Assembly: GCA_050248855.1 (NCBI GenBank) | Contig: JBFWRP010000004.1 | Location: 32,001-96,000 of the forward strand | Length of the DNA stretch: 64,000 nucleotides | Reading direction: 5' to 3' | Origin: Planctomycetota bacterium | GTDB taxonomy: Bacteria; Planctomycetota; PLA2; JAEUHO01 | Shown: positions 37,917 to 49,500 of the stretch, piece after piece | How positions within the stretch are numbered: the first letter of the stretch is position 1 | Layout: the number at the start of each line of letters is the position of its first letter | The notes under the pieces: model-generated | Database searches by the model: none | What the model was told of the DNA's origin: nothing | Seen by the model: only the letters and a program-made list of their open reading frames with translations | Translations under genes and position numbers: made by a program

Positions 37917-40757
37917 CTACTGGTCGCTCGAGTAGCGGATCGTCCAGTCGTCCAAGTACGGACCCGGGTCAAGCGGGCCGACCGTGCCGGGCAGGTAGAA
38001 CGTGATGCGGATCTGGATGAACTCGTAGCCGTCCAGGCTGTTGATCGTCCCGCCCGCGTTGCCCACGGGAACCGAGACGTCGGCCGGGTTCGAGCTGGGG
38101 ACCCAGAGCGGATCGTTCTCGACACCGCTGTCGCGGAAGAAGCCGACCGTGCGCCAGGGCGTTGCCGAACCGAGGTCCGGCTGGCCGTTGGCCTGGATCT
38201 GGTAGCCACGAGCGTCGATGAAGATGCTCGTCGCCCCCGGGCCGTTGCTGGCGATCGACGGGATGCCCGCCTTGAAGTCCGCCGCGCCGGGCGTCGTGTA
38301 GTCCGGGTTGAGCGGACCCATGGCGATGATCTGCGTCTGGGCGTAGGGCATCGTGCCGCCGCCCTTGAAGCGCGAGGAGTCGAAGATGTCGCGGTAGAAG
38401 CCGTCGTCACCCTCGTTCGGGGTGCAGGTGGCCGCGCCGAGACCCTCGATCACCGAGTCGGCGTCCTCGAGGACGATGCGACCGTGCCCACCGGGGGCGC
38501 CGTCGTTCTGCGGACCGACGTAGCCGGCGCTCTGGTTCGAGACGCCGCCGGCACCGCCCGCCGCCGTCAGCACCGTGGAGGCGCCGAGGATGATGCGGGA
38601 CGAGGTGAGCAGGCGGATGCCGCCACCCGCGCCACCGCCACCACCGGCGGCCGCGCCGCAGCCGCAGCAGTAGGGCGTGCCCGAAGCACCACCCACGCTG
38701 CCAGCCGCATCGATGGTGCCGAACACCGTGATGTTGCCGGAGGCGGTGAAGTCCACGAAACCACCACCCGCGCCACCGCCGCCACCACCCGTACCGTAGT
38801 AGGTGTACGAGCCACCCCACTGCTCGCGGCCGCCAGCGCCGCCACCGCCGCCCGCGGAGGGGGTGAACATGGCGTCGTCCGCCGGGAAGGCCGCGCCGCC
38901 CTCACCCTGGACCGCACCCAGGTTGGTATGGCCATTGCCCATCAGGTTCGTGCTGGTGCCGCCGTCCACACCGTGGCCGCCGCCACCGCCGCCCTGGGCG
39001 GTCCCGTAGCTGGTGCCGGGGTAGATGGTCTGGTGGCCAACGCCGCCCTTGCCGGCGCCGATGCCGCCCTGGACGCCGTAGCCCGAGTCGCTGCCGTAGC
39101 CGCTGAAGCCGTTCTTGCCGTGCGTGGCGGCTTCCGAGTGGGCGACGGCCGTACCGCCTTCGCCACCGCCGGCCACGCCCTTGCCGCCAGCCGCGAAGCC
39201 GGTGGGGTTGTACGTCCAGTTGTAGCCCACGGCGCCACGCCCCTGGGGCGTGCCACCGATGTTGTCGCCGCGGACGACCACGCGGCCGCCCTGCTCGATC
39301 ACGATGTCACCCTGCACCAGGATGATCGCGGGGTTGACACCCTTGAAGCGCACCGTGGCGCCGCTTTGCACGCGGAACGAGGCGAACTCCCAGACGACCG
39401 CCGTGCTGCCGTCCACCGTGTTCGGGCAGGTGTTGATCGTGGCGCCCGTGTCGAACGTCATGTCGGACGAAGCCTCGAAGTCGTCCTTGCTGCCGTCGTT
39501 GTCCTGGAGCGGGACGCTGCAACCCGGGGCCTGGTCGGGACCGGAGGGGAACAGGATGTCGCTCGTCTGGCCGTTGTCACCGTCGCCGGAGAAGAGCAGG
39601 TAGCCCTGGACGACGCCCGGGGAGCGGGCGGTGTTGATGTCCGACGTGCTGTTGGACGTGTCGAAGGGGGTCTCACCCTGCACGAGCATCTGGTAGCTGC
39701 CCGCCTGCAGCGGCAGGTTCTCGGTCGTGAAGGAGGTGGTGACCGGCGCCAGCGGCAGACCGCCGAAGTCCTCGATGCCGCCCAGCATGCGGAACACGAG
39801 CATGGCGTTCTCGGGGAAGCGGCCGCCCTGGGGGATCAGCTTGATCTGCGTGCTGGCCAGGCTCTGCGTCAGCTGGATGGTCGCCACCACACGCTGCGGG
39901 GGGGCGAACGGCGTCGAGACGTCGGCGCCCCATGTGGCGGAGCTGGCGTTGCCGTCGGCCGTGCTGCTGCCGATGTAGAAGCCGGACGCGTTGCCGTTGG
40001 GAGCCGTGCGGGCGTTGGCCAGCACGGGGTCGCCCTTCTCGTACATCCAGAGCTGGACCGTGTTGCCGTTGACCGTGCACGGGTCCAGGTTCTCGGAGAC
40101 GGTGACCGTGACGGCGTTCGTGTCGTCCACGTCGACGGCCTGGGAACCGGTCGTGGGCGTGATCGCGGTGACGGTCGGCGCGAAGGCCGGGATCTGGTCC
40201 AGGAAGCGCTCGGGGTCCGTCTCGGCGCGCGTCTGGAACTCCATGCTCACGGTCGAGAGCAACTTCTCGCCGAGGGTGTTCTTGAGGCAGAACTGTTCGG
40301 GCGAGCCGACGAGCTGCACGCGGTAGCGCGTGGAGGCCCGGAAGCCGGCGTCGGAGAAGTCGCAAAGACCCGGGAGCTGGGGCTCGAAGTAGATCGTGGC
40401 GCCCTCGACGCGGAACGTGCCGTCGACGTCCAGACCCCACTGGTCACCCCGACGCAGCTGCAGCGAGGCGGGCGTCACCGAAGCGGGATCGACCGCGTCG
40501 TTGAAGTGCCACGCGAGCACCGCGTTCAGGGCCACGTTGTCGAGGCCGTCCTGCTCGAAGGAAACGAGCGACAGACCGCGACCGGGGAACCCGGCCTTGG
40601 CCCCGCCGCACGACGCCACGAGCGGTGCCATCAGCGCCGCGAGGACCACCAGGCCCAACACGCCCGGGCGCATGAAGGTCCGCGCACGCGAGCCACCAGG
40701 CTGCGGCTCCATCGAGTGCCGGCGCCGCGCGCCGCGCTCTGCCGTTGTCTTCAACAT
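37917..40757 (-). CDS. Large surface lipoprotein with Ig-like domains and a glycine-rich repeat region
   Basis: GGGAG RBS before ATG 40757 (alternative downstream Met starts exist). Lipobox LVAS-C, Ig-like motifs (F.DAVDPASVT, VTVSENLDPCTV) and runs of GGGGGG. Confidence 0.8.
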   Translation of the reverse strand: MLKTTAERGARRRHSMEPQPGGSRARTFMRPGVLGLVVLAALMAPLVASCGGAKAGFPGRGLSLVSFEQDGLDNVALNAVLAWHFNDAVDPASVTPASLQLRRGDQWGLDVDGTFRVEGATIYFEPQLPGLCDFSDAGFRASTRYRVQLVGSPEQFCLKNTLGEKLLSTVSMEFQTRAETDPERFLDQIPAFAPTVTAITPTTGSQAVDVDDTNAVTVTVSENLDPCTVNGNTVQLWMYEKGDPVLANARTAPNGNASGFYIGSSTADGNASSATWGADVSTPFAPPQRVVATIQLTQSLASTQIKLIPQGGRFPENAMLVFRMLGGIEDFGGLPLAPVTTSFTTENLPLQAGSYQMLVQGETPFDTSNSTSDINTARSPGVVQGYLLFSGDGDNGQTSDILFPSGPDQAPGCSVPLQDNDGSKDDFEASSDMTFDTGATINTCPNTVDGSTAVVWEFASFRVQSGATVRFKGVNPAIILVQGDIVIEQGGRVVVRGDNIGGTPQGRGAVGYNWTYNPTGFAAGGKGVAGGGEGGTAVAHSEAATHGKNGFSGYGSDSGYGVQGGIGAGKGGVGHQTIYPGTSYGTAQGGGGGGHGVDGGTSTNLMGNGHTNLGAVQGEGGAAFPADDAMFTPSAGGGGGAGGREQWGGSYTYYGTGGGGGGAGGGFVDFTASGNITVFGTIDAAGSVGGASGTPYCCGCGAAAGGGGGAGGGIRLLTSSRIILGASTVLTAAGGAGGVSNQSAGYVGPQNDGAPGGHGRIVLEDADSVIEGLGAATCTPNEGDDGFYRDIFDSSRFKGGGTMPYAQTQIIAMGPLNPDYTTPGAADFKAGIPSIASNGPGATSIFIDARGYQIQANGQPDLGSATPWRTVGFFRDSGVENDPLWVPSSNPADVSVPVGNAGGTINSLDGYEFIQIRITFYLPGTVGPLDPGPYLDDWTIRYSSDQ

Positions 40758-41355
40758 GGATCTTGCTCCCAGGAAGTGCCCCCCGTCATCGAGGAGCTTG
40801 CCGTGCTTGCGCGCGGCGCGATGTAGTTCGAAGGACTTGGGTGTCGGAGGACGCGAATGCCCGAGGACGCAGGTCCTGCGTACCAAGCCGGTCCACGTTA
40901 CCCGCCGCGAAGCGCCGACCCAACCGAGCCCGAACGTACCCGGGGGAATGTACCCCGGAGAACCCTCGGACACCGACTCCCCTATCGTCGGATTCCGTGG
41001 GATCCCGCTCCGAGGAGCCGGTTCCCGTCCGGAACGCCAAGATGCCGGGAGAAGAAGCTGGGCGGCACCTCCTCGCGGAGGATGCCGTGGACCTTGTCCG
41101 GCGTGGGTGGGCGCAACTCCCGTACCAAGGCCCATCCTCGTCCGGGGCCCATGGATCAGCCGTTTGGGGGCGTCCATACGTGCCCGGCGGCGCGGGCCGG
41201 CGCTCCACTGCGCGGTTCCGCACGGTGCCCGGCGGCGCGCCGCCCGGCCCGCGACCTCCCGGGTCGAAACGTCGGGAATCAGGGCCCGGAACCAACGGGC
41301 GCCAGTCCGCGGGAGGACCAAGGCCCCCGCTGACGCAGGACGGCCGCCGCGGCCG

Positions 41356-43035
41356 CTAGGCGCGCCCGACGGCGCCGCCGTGACGCCGGGGCACGGCCAC
41401 GCGGTGCACGACGCGCGCGAGGTGGCGCTGGCGACGCGCGCCGTCGGGATCCCCGATGGCGTCCAGGGCATCGGCCAGAGCGAGGTAGCCCTCGGGGTCC
41501 TGGGGCGCCGCAAGGACGTAGCGACGCAGCTCGATGAGCGCCGGGGCGGTCCGGCCGAGTGCGAGCAGGGCCCGGCCATGGTCCCGCCGGGCTGCGTCGT
41601 CGGGGGGCAGGACGCGCTGGGCGGCTCTCCCGGCCGCGGCGGCCTTGCGAGGGGTCCCGCGCGCGTGGTGGACCCGGACGAGGATGCCGAGGGCCCCGGG
41701 GTGCCGGCGATCCCGCCTCAGGGCGGCCCGCGTCCGGGCCAGGGCCAGGTCCAGGCGCCCGCCCTCGAACGCGAGCTCGGCCAGGCCCGTCCAGAGATCA
41801 GGGGCCTCGGGCAAGTGGGAGAGCGCGCGCAGCAGCGCCCTCTCGGCGGAGGCATCCCGGGCCGCCGCGAGGAGCGCCGCCGCCAGGTCCAGGTGCAGCT
41901 CGAGATCGCGGGGACGGGCGTGGACGGCATGGGCCAAGCGGCGCACGGCCTCGCGCCGACGACCCGCGCGCCCCAAGGCGCGCGTGTAGAGCCGCAAGGT
42001 GCCCACGTCCGCCGGGGCCGAGCGGAGCCTCGCGCGCGCCACCCGCGCGGCTGCCCGCGGCCGGTCGGCCTCGAGCAGGTGCTCGACCAGGCCCTGCCAC
42101 CACGCGCCGCGGTCGGGTTCCAGCGCCAGCCGCGCACGGTAGCGGGCCACGCCAGCCCCGGGACGTCCCAGGAAGCGCTCGGCAGTCGCCGCGAGGCGCA
42201 CGGCCTCCTCCTCCGGTGCCGGCTCGCCGAGCAGGGGCTCCAGGACCTCGAGCGCCCGCTGGACGCGCCCGGCGTCGAGCGCCGCCTCGGCCCAGCGCAG
42301 GCGGGCCTCCGCAAAGTCCGGCTCGCGCCGCACGGCGCTGCGGTAGTGGGCGATGGCCTCGGCCGAGCGCCCCTCCGCACGGGCCAGGTCCCCGAGGCCG
42401 TAGGCGGCATCGGCGGCGTGGGGGCCCGCCAGGGCGCGGTGGAAGGCGCCCCGGGCCTCGGCCCGACGGCCCTGGGCCGCCAGCGTGCGCCCCAGCCCGA
42501 CGTCCAGCTCGGGGTGGTGGGGCTCCAGCGCCCGCACGCGCAGCCACGCCGCAAGCGCGTCGTCGGTACGACCGCCGATCAAGTAGGCCAGCGCCAGATG
42601 GCGATGCACGTGCGGGCACGTCGGATCGAGCTCCAGCGCCCGCGCGGCGTGGAGCTCGGCGCGGGCCAGGTCCTCGCGCAGGGCGTGGCAGTGCGCGAGG
42701 TTGCAGTGCGCCTCCTCCAGGTCCGGATCGCGCTCCAAGGCCTCGCCGAATGCGCGGACGGCGCGGTCCAGATGGCCGAGGCGCCCGTAGCACAGCCCCA
42801 GCCCCATCCACGGCGCGGCGCTGCCCGGGCTCAACGCCGCGCTGCGGCGATAGCGGCGCAGGGCCGCCGGGACCTGGTCGTCTTCCAGGTGGCAGTGGCC
42901 GAGGTAGAGGTCGATCCGCGGGCTGATCACCCCGCGCCGATCCAGGCTCCGAAGCATGGCCCGGGCCCCGGCGTGGTCGCCTTCCTCGTAGCGTTGGACC
43001 GCCTTGGCCAGGCGGCGATCCGCGTCGTGCCACAT
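41356..43035 (-). CDS. Tetratricopeptide repeat protein
   Basis: Tandem TPR units (WMGLGLCYGRLGHLDRAVRAFGEALERDP, AHCNLAHCH, VGLGRTLAAQGRRAEA). Confidence 0.88.
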   Translation of the reverse strand: MWHDADRRLAKAVQRYEEGDHAGARAMLRSLDRRGVISPRIDLYLGHCHLEDDQVPAALRRYRRSAALSPGSAAPWMGLGLCYGRLGHLDRAVRAFGEALERDPDLEEAHCNLAHCHALREDLARAELHAARALELDPTCPHVHRHLALAYLIGGRTDDALAAWLRVRALEPHHPELDVGLGRTLAAQGRRAEARGAFHRALAGPHAADAAYGLGDLARAEGRSAEAIAHYRSAVRREPDFAEARLRWAEAALDAGRVQRALEVLEPLLGEPAPEEEAVRLAATAERFLGRPGAGVARYRARLALEPDRGAWWQGLVEHLLEADRPRAAARVARARLRSAPADVGTLRLYTRALGRAGRRREAVRRLAHAVHARPRDLELHLDLAAALLAAARDASAERALLRALSHLPEAPDLWTGLAELAFEGGRLDLALARTRAALRRDRRHPGALGILVRVHHARGTPRKAAAAGRAAQRVLPPDDAARRDHGRALLALGRTAPALIELRRYVLAAPQDPEGYLALADALDAIGDPDGARRQRHLARVVHRVAVPRRHGGAVGRA

Positions 43036-43238
43036 GACCGCTTGGCCACCTCCGCGGGAGGCCCTCCCGCCCCGCAGGCCGGAGGTTCCCACCCCGGGGG
43101 GACAGTCCAGCGCGCCACGCACCCGTGACCAAGGCACGGGAAAGGCACGCCGGAGGCGGCGGCGAAGGTGGACGCGGCCCCCACCCCCCTCCACACTGCC
43201 GCGCTTCGACGCCGATCTCGCGACGCGGAGCGCCGACC

Positions 43239-45398
43239 ATGGACATGACCTCGAAGACGAACACGCCGGACGAGATCCGCATCCCCTGGGATGTCCCGGA
43301 AGGCGGCCGGCGCAACCGGCTCTGCGACGTGCGCAACTTCGGCATCATGGCGCACATCGATGCGGGCAAGACCACGGTCACCGAGCGCATCCTCTTCTAC
43401 AGCGGCCGCATCCACCGCACGGGCGAGGTGCACGAGGGCGCCGCGACCATGGACTACATGAAGGAGGAGCAGGAGCGCGGCATCACGATCACCAGCGCCG
43501 CGACCAACACGCTCTGGAAGGGCGTGCGCCTCAACATCATCGACACGCCGGGGCACGTGGACTTCACCGCCGAGGTGGAGCGCTCGCTGCGCGTGCTGGA
43601 CGGCGCCGTCGCGGTGTTCGACGCCCAGGCCGGCGTCGAGCCGCAGTCCGAGACCGTCTGGCGCCAAGCCAACCGCTACAAGGTCCCGCGTCTCTGCTTC
43701 CTGAACAAGATGGACAAGGCAGGCGCGGACTTCGACGCCGCCGTGCAGTCCATCCGCGACCGGCTCGGTGCCCGCGCCTTCCCCGTCCAGTACCCGGTCG
43801 GCCAGGCCCAGGACTTCCGCGGCATCATCGACGTCCTCGAGAACGTCGCCTACATGTACGACGAGGAGAGCCAGGGCCGCCGCTGGCACGAGGAGCCGGT
43901 GCCGGCCGGGCTGCGCGAGCGGGTCGACGACCTGCGCCGCGAGCTCGTCGAGGCGGCCGCCGAGCAGGACGACGAGCTGCTCGAGCGGTACCTCGGCGGC
44001 GAGGAGCTGCACCGCGACGACCTGTTGGTCGCCATCCGCAAGGGCGTGCTGAGCGGCTCGTTCGTGCCCGTGCTCTGCGGCTCGGCGCTCCGCAACAAGG
44101 GCGTGCAGCGCCTGCTCGACGCCGTCTGCTACTTCCTCCCCTGCCCGCTGGACATCAAGGAGATCCACGGCACGGAGATGGACGAGACCACGCCGGTCAT
44201 CCGTCATCCCGATCCGACGGAGCCGCTCTCGGCGCTGGCCTTCAAGACCGTCGCCGACAAGAACGGCGACCTGTACTTCGTCCGCGTCTACAGCGGCACG
44301 CTGGAGCAGGGCACGCAGATCTGGAACGCCACGCGCGGCAAGCGCGAGCGCGTGGGGCGCTTGATGATCATGCACGCCGCCGAGCGTGAGCTGGTCGACA
44401 AGCTCGAGGCCGGCCAGATCGGCGCGGTCGTGGGCTTCAAGGACACGTACACGGGCGACACGCTCTGCACGAAAGAGCAGCCCATCCTGCTCGAGCCCAT
44501 GACCTTCCCCGAGACGGTCATCTCGATGGCCATCCAGCCCAAGAGCCGCGGCGACCGCGACAAGCTGGGCGAGGCCTTGCAGCGCCTCCAGCGCGAGGAC
44601 CCCACGTTCCGCGCCTACACCGACGACGAGACCGGCGACACGATCATCTCGGGCATGGGCGAGCTGCACCTGGACGTGCTCGTGAGCCGCCTGTTCAACG
44701 AGTACAAGCTCGAGTGCGTGACTGGCAAGCCCAAGGTGGCCTACCGCCAGACGCTCAAGAAGGACATCGAGGTCGAGGGTCGCCACGTCAAGCAGTCGGG
44801 CGGTCGCGGCCAGTTCGGTGTGGCGCGCGTCAAGTTCACGCTGCACGACCAGACCGAGAACACGTTCGAGAGCACCGTGGTCGGCGGCTCGGTCCCGCGC
44901 GAGTACTGGAGCTCCGTCGACACGGGCCTGGACAACGCCTACGCGGAGGGCTACCCGCTGGGCTTCCCCTTCGTGAAGCTCCACGCCAACCTCTACGACG
45001 GCAAGTACCACGACGTCGACAGCTCGGAGATGGCCTTCCGCGAGGCGGGCCGCTTGGCGCTCCGCGAGGCCACCGAGCGGGCGGGCGTGAACATCCTCGA
45101 GCCCTGGATGCGCATCGCGATCACGGCTCCCGAGGTCAACCTCGGCGACGTGATCGGCAGCCTCAACCAGCGCCGCGGCGAGATCGAGAAGACCGAGCGC
45201 GGCAGCGGTGACGCCATGCGCATCTACGGCTTCGTGCCGCTCGCCGAGATGTTCAAGTACAGCGAGGTCCTCCGCGGCCTGTCGCAGGGTCGTGGTGTCT
45301 ACACGCTCGAGCCCTTCGAGTACCGCGTCGTCCCGCAGTCCATCGCCGAGGCCATCCGCAAGGAAGTCGAGGACGAGAAGAAGAAGCGCGGGAAGTAG
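43239..45398 (+). CDS. fusA: Elongation factor G (stand-alone copy)
   Basis: [57 protein letters not shown] and [11 protein letters not shown]. Confidence 0.96.
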   Translation: MDMTSKTNTPDEIRIPWDVPEGGRRNRLCDVRNFGIMAHIDAGKTTVTERILFYSGRIHRTGEVHEGAATMDYMKEEQERGITITSAATNTLWKGVRLNIIDTPGHVDFTAEVERSLRVLDGAVAVFDAQAGVEPQSETVWRQANRYKVPRLCFLNKMDKAGADFDAAVQSIRDRLGARAFPVQYPVGQAQDFRGIIDVLENVAYMYDEESQGRRWHEEPVPAGLRERVDDLRRELVEAAAEQDDELLERYLGGEELHRDDLLVAIRKGVLSGSFVPVLCGSALRNKGVQRLLDAVCYFLPCPLDIKEIHGTEMDETTPVIRHPDPTEPLSALAFKTVADKNGDLYFVRVYSGTLEQGTQIWNATRGKRERVGRLMIMHAAERELVDKLEAGQIGAVVGFKDTYTGDTLCTKEQPILLEPMTFPETVISMAIQPKSRGDRDKLGEALQRLQREDPTFRAYTDDETGDTIISGMGELHLDVLVSRLFNEYKLECVTGKPKVAYRQTLKKDIEVEGRHVKQSGGRGQFGVARVKFTLHDQTENTFESTVVGGSVPREYWSSVDTGLDNAYAEGYPLGFPFVKLHANLYDGKYHDVDSSEMAFREAGRLALREATERAGVNILEPWMRIAITAPEVNLGDVIGSLNQRRGEIEKTERGSGDAMRIYGFVPLAEMFKYSEVLRGLSQGRGVYTLEPFEYRVVPQSIAEAIRKEVEDEKKKRGK

Positions 45399-45405
45399 GC
45401 GCGCC

Positions 45406-46488
45406 TCAGGGGGCGCCGTCGCCCGCAGACCTGGCACGCCGGTCGCGCTTGCGAGAGGCGTGCACGTCGCCTAGCCATGCGCGCGTGGACGGCATGAAAA
45501 CGGCCCACATCCATGCGGCCGAAGCCACCACGCGGGACGTGTCGACCGTGAGCCGCCCCTCGGCTTGGCCCCCGCCAACGGCGAACAGCGCGTTCAGGCC
45601 GGCGAGCCCCAGACACACGTAGAACGCGCCCGCACGCGCCGCCAGGAGGCCCTGCATGAGCTTCCAGGCCGCGACGGCGAGCGCGATCGAGATGGCGAAG
45701 CGGACCAGCTGGAACGGCGCAGGGCCCCACTCCGAGAGAGCACCGACGACGCCCAAGCCGATGACCGCTGACGTAAGCGTCAGGACCAGGAACCAGACGG
45801 CCAGGGGCGCGGGTGGAAGTTCGTGCGCTGGCGGCGAAGCAGCGTCGGCGCGCGCGCCGTCCTCGCCCTGGTCGATCGCAAACCACGCTCGACTCCCCGG
45901 CAGCAACAATGCGCCTAGCAGGGCAAGCACGAGGCCCAGGTAGGGCCAGTCGATCCGCGACGCGCCGACGGGCCAGAGGGGCGACTTCGCCGTCGACGTG
46001 AGGACCGCCTCGATGGCCAGCATCAGGGCGAGTGCGAGCCAGGCCCATCGCTGCCGGTTGAAGAGGGCCGCGGCGAGGACGAGGGAGAGGCTGCCGCCGA
46101 CGAGGAGCTGCAGCTGGGCGTGGCCCAGGAGGGTCCCGGGGAGATCGAAGCGGGCGAGCGCAGGCGCCACGAGGGACCAGCGGCCCGCGGCCGCGTGCAG
46201 CCCGAACGGCACGATGTAGAGCCGGTAGATGCCCTCGAGCAGGGCGAGCAGGACGACGACCCAGACGGCCAGCGGTGGGCCGGCTGCCGCCCCACGGCCT
46301 CCCGCGGACGAGCGCTCCTCCGGCTGCGGCGACGGCACGTCCTCCGGATCGTCCGACCACCACACGGTGCCGTCGTCGATCGTGCCGTCGGCGACGAGGG
46401 CGTCGTACTGCGCACGGGAGAGGGGCCCGTGCACGTCGTCGCCGTCCAGGTACCAGTACGCCGCCTCGAACGCTTCGACCTCGCCCAT
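45406..46488 (-). CDS. Membrane protein with N-terminal GYF_2/DUF4339-like domain
   Basis: YWYLDGDDVHGPLS...LVADGTIDDGTVWW, followed by two blocks of about four hydrophobic helices. Confidence 0.7.
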   Translation of the reverse strand: MGEVEAFEAAYWYLDGDDVHGPLSRAQYDALVADGTIDDGTVWWSDDPEDVPSPQPEERSSAGGRGAAAGPPLAVWVVVLLALLEGIYRLYIVPFGLHAAAGRWSLVAPALARFDLPGTLLGHAQLQLLVGGSLSLVLAAALFNRQRWAWLALALMLAIEAVLTSTAKSPLWPVGASRIDWPYLGLVLALLGALLLPGSRAWFAIDQGEDGARADAASPPAHELPPAPLAVWFLVLTLTSAVIGLGVVGALSEWGPAPFQLVRFAISIALAVAAWKLMQGLLAARAGAFYVCLGLAGLNALFAVGGGQAEGRLTVDTSRVVASAAWMWAVFMPSTRAWLGDVHASRKRDRRARSAGDGAP

Positions 46489-46546
46489 CGTCCCTCGCGG
46501 GCGATGCTACGCGAAGAGGCGGCAGCTCGGCGACGCTCTTCGGCGA

Positions 46547-49500
46547 TCAGGCGCCGCCGGGGCAGGTGCCGGCGGCCACGAGCTCGCGGACGACCTCGCC
46601 ATCGCGCTCCTCGCGCACGACACCCGTGACGGGCGCGTCCTTGGCGATCCAGCGCTTCATCACGCGACCACGACGCATGGTCCGCGTGACGATCACGCAG
46701 TCCCAGGTCCGGCCAGCGGCCTCGATGGTGCCCTCGCCGATCTCGATCGCGCCGCCACCGCGGCCGCCAAGGCGCAGCGGGTTGGCCGTGCGCGGACGCT
46801 CCATGCGCGCCCCCCGGACTTCCTCGTCGCCGACCTTCACGATCGACTCGAGCACGACGGTGTCCTCGTGCACCTCGACGACCCGCTGCTCGACGATCGT
46901 CTCCTGGCCCTGGATCACCTGGCGCCAGCGGGCCCACTCCCCCACGACCGCGTCGGCCAGCGGGTTCACCATGTCGGGCACGTCCTGCTCGTCGCCTGCC
47001 AAGCGCGGGCTCGCGCGCGAGGGTACGGGGTCGCTGTCGGGCGCCGGCTCGGGCACGGGCTGCGGCTCGGGCGTCGGCGTCGGCTCGGGCGTCGGCGTCG
47101 GCTCGGGCGTGGGTTCCGGCGTGGGCTCGGGCTCGGGAACCGGCTGCGGCTGGGGCGGGGCCTCGACGACCTCGGGGCTCCCCCACTCGATCGCCTCCAT
47201 GACGACGGTGTCGCCCAGGCGCGCATCGACGAGACCCCATCCGGCCACGGCGTTGCTGAAGCGCAGCGTGAGGCGCGTCCCCATGGCCGCCAGCGACACC
47301 GAGGCCACGTCGGCCTCCGCGGCGCCCACCTTCGCGCGACCGACCTCGTGCGAGGCCACCTCGCCCATCACGCGGATCGCCGTGAGCAAGTCGCGGTTGG
47401 GCAGGCGATCAGGAAGCGGCAGCGGGAAGGCCGGACCGCTCTCGACTTCGCCCACGAGCGAGACCTCGTCGTCGTTCACATCGGTCACCTCGAGCTTGAG
47501 GACGGTGTCCTCCTGCCCACCCGGGGGACGCAGGCGGTAGCGGGCCCACTCGCCCTTCACCGCGTCGGCCAACGTGTCGAGCGGGCCTGGCGTGCGCGCG
47601 CCGGCCGGTGCGTCGTCCGGCGTGGCCGGCTTGGGGCCTGGCGTGGTCGTGTCCGGCTCGGGCTTGTCGGTCTTGGGTCCGGTCGCAGGCGTGGGCGGCT
47701 TGCTCGCCGCGTTGGCCTCGGCGATCTCGGCCAGCACGACCTCGATCGCCTTCGCCAGCTGCGGGTCACGACCCTTCACGCGGTCTTCGGGGGTCTCCAC
47801 GACGACGATGTCGGGCTTCACCCCGTAGCCCTCGAGGTTGGTGCCGTCCATGCCGTAGTAGCCCACGCGCGGGATGCGGAACGTGCTGCCGTCGCTGAGC
47901 TGGATGTCGTTGGTGCCGATCACGCCGCCCGGCGTGGGGACACCCACGATCTTGCCGCGCCCGAGCGCCTGGAAGCAGTACGGGAACACCTCGGCGTCGG
48001 AGAACGAGCGCTCGTTGATCAGCACGACGACGGGCTTGTCCCAGAAGAGCGCCGGCTGCGTGATCTTGCGCGGCGCCCCACGGGGCTGCACCTGGGCGTA
48101 CGGCCGCGCCGTGAGGATCTCCATCAGCTGGTTGTGGATGTTGCCGCCACCGTTCTCGCGCACGTCGAGCACCAGGCCCTGGATGCGCTTGCTGAGGTTG
48201 AGCTGGCCGATCGTGGCCTGGAAGCGGCTGAGGTTGGCCGGGTTCATCGCATCCAGGTGGATGTACGCCAGGGCGCCCTTGCCCTCCTCGCGCACCTTCT
48301 TCACGTTGCCGGAGATCCAGTCGCGGTGGAGGAGCTCGGCGATCGAGCGGGCATCCGTCGGCGTGATCTCGGTCTTCGTCTCCTCGCCCACGCCGTCGCC
48401 GGTGATGGGCCGGTAGGTGATCACGACCTTCTTGCCGACCTGACCCGACAGGGCCTCGTCGAGACTGCCCTTGGAGAGCGAGACCTGGCCGATGGCCACG
48501 ATCTCGTCGCCTACGCGCAAGCGCGCCTGGGCCGCGGGCCCATTGGCCAAGATGGACGTGATGACGCGCCCACCGTGGGGACCGGACTTCTGGGCGAAGT
48601 CCGCACCCAGGTAGCCGGAGGGTACGGCCCGCTCGGGCACGGCGTTGCTGGGGCGGCTGCCCCCGTAGATGCCCAGGTGGCTGGCATTGAGCTCGGCCAG
48701 CATCTGGCTGATGACGTTCTGGAACTCGCCCTTGTCTTCGGCCTCGATCGCGACGTCGCGGTACTTGGCCCGCATGGCGTTCCAGTCCACGCCGTGCATC
48801 TTGGGGTCGTAGAACCCGTCGCGCATCTTCGTCCACGCTTCGTCGAACAGCTGCTCGAGCTCCTTGCGCTGGTCCACCTCGATCTCGGCGAGGAAGGGCA
48901 CGCGCGTGCGGTTCTCGATGCTCGTGGGTGCGGGCACGCGGTAGATCTGCTCGGCGCCGTCCGTACCGACCGAGAACAGGATCGAGTCACCGCGCGGGCT
49001 CCAACACGCACCCGAGCCATCGCGCGAGATCTGCATCGACTCGCCGCCCTGCGAGCTGGTCACGAAGATCCCCCCGGACTCGCCAGCCGCCGGGTTGAAC
49101 GCCTCGAAGGCGATCATGTCGCTGTCGGGCGACCACGTCGGCACCTGGAAGAACCCCGACCCGCGGGAGATGCGCCGCACGTTCTTGCCGTCGGCGTCCA
49201 TCACGTAGATGGCCTGCGTGCCTTCGCGGCCGCTGTCGAACGCGATCTTCTGGCCATCGGGCGACCAGCACGGGTCGTCGTCGGCCTCCTTGTGGTCGGT
49301 GAGCTGCGTGAGCTCGCCGGACCGCACGTCCAGGCGCCAGATGTCGCGGTTCCCGCTGCGCTCGCTGGAGAAGGCCACGTAGCGCCCATCGGGCGACCAC
49401 GTGTGGAAGAAGTCGTCCTTGGGGTGGTCGGTCAGGCGCTTCACGTTGTTGCCGCGTACGTCCATGACCCACAGGTCGGAGTTGCCGCTGCGATCGGACT

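Noticed and set aside
47040..47160. Short tandem repeats as a possible CRISPR or VNTR element
   Set aside because: In-frame Pro-Glu/Thr linker codons with no spacers and no cas genes.
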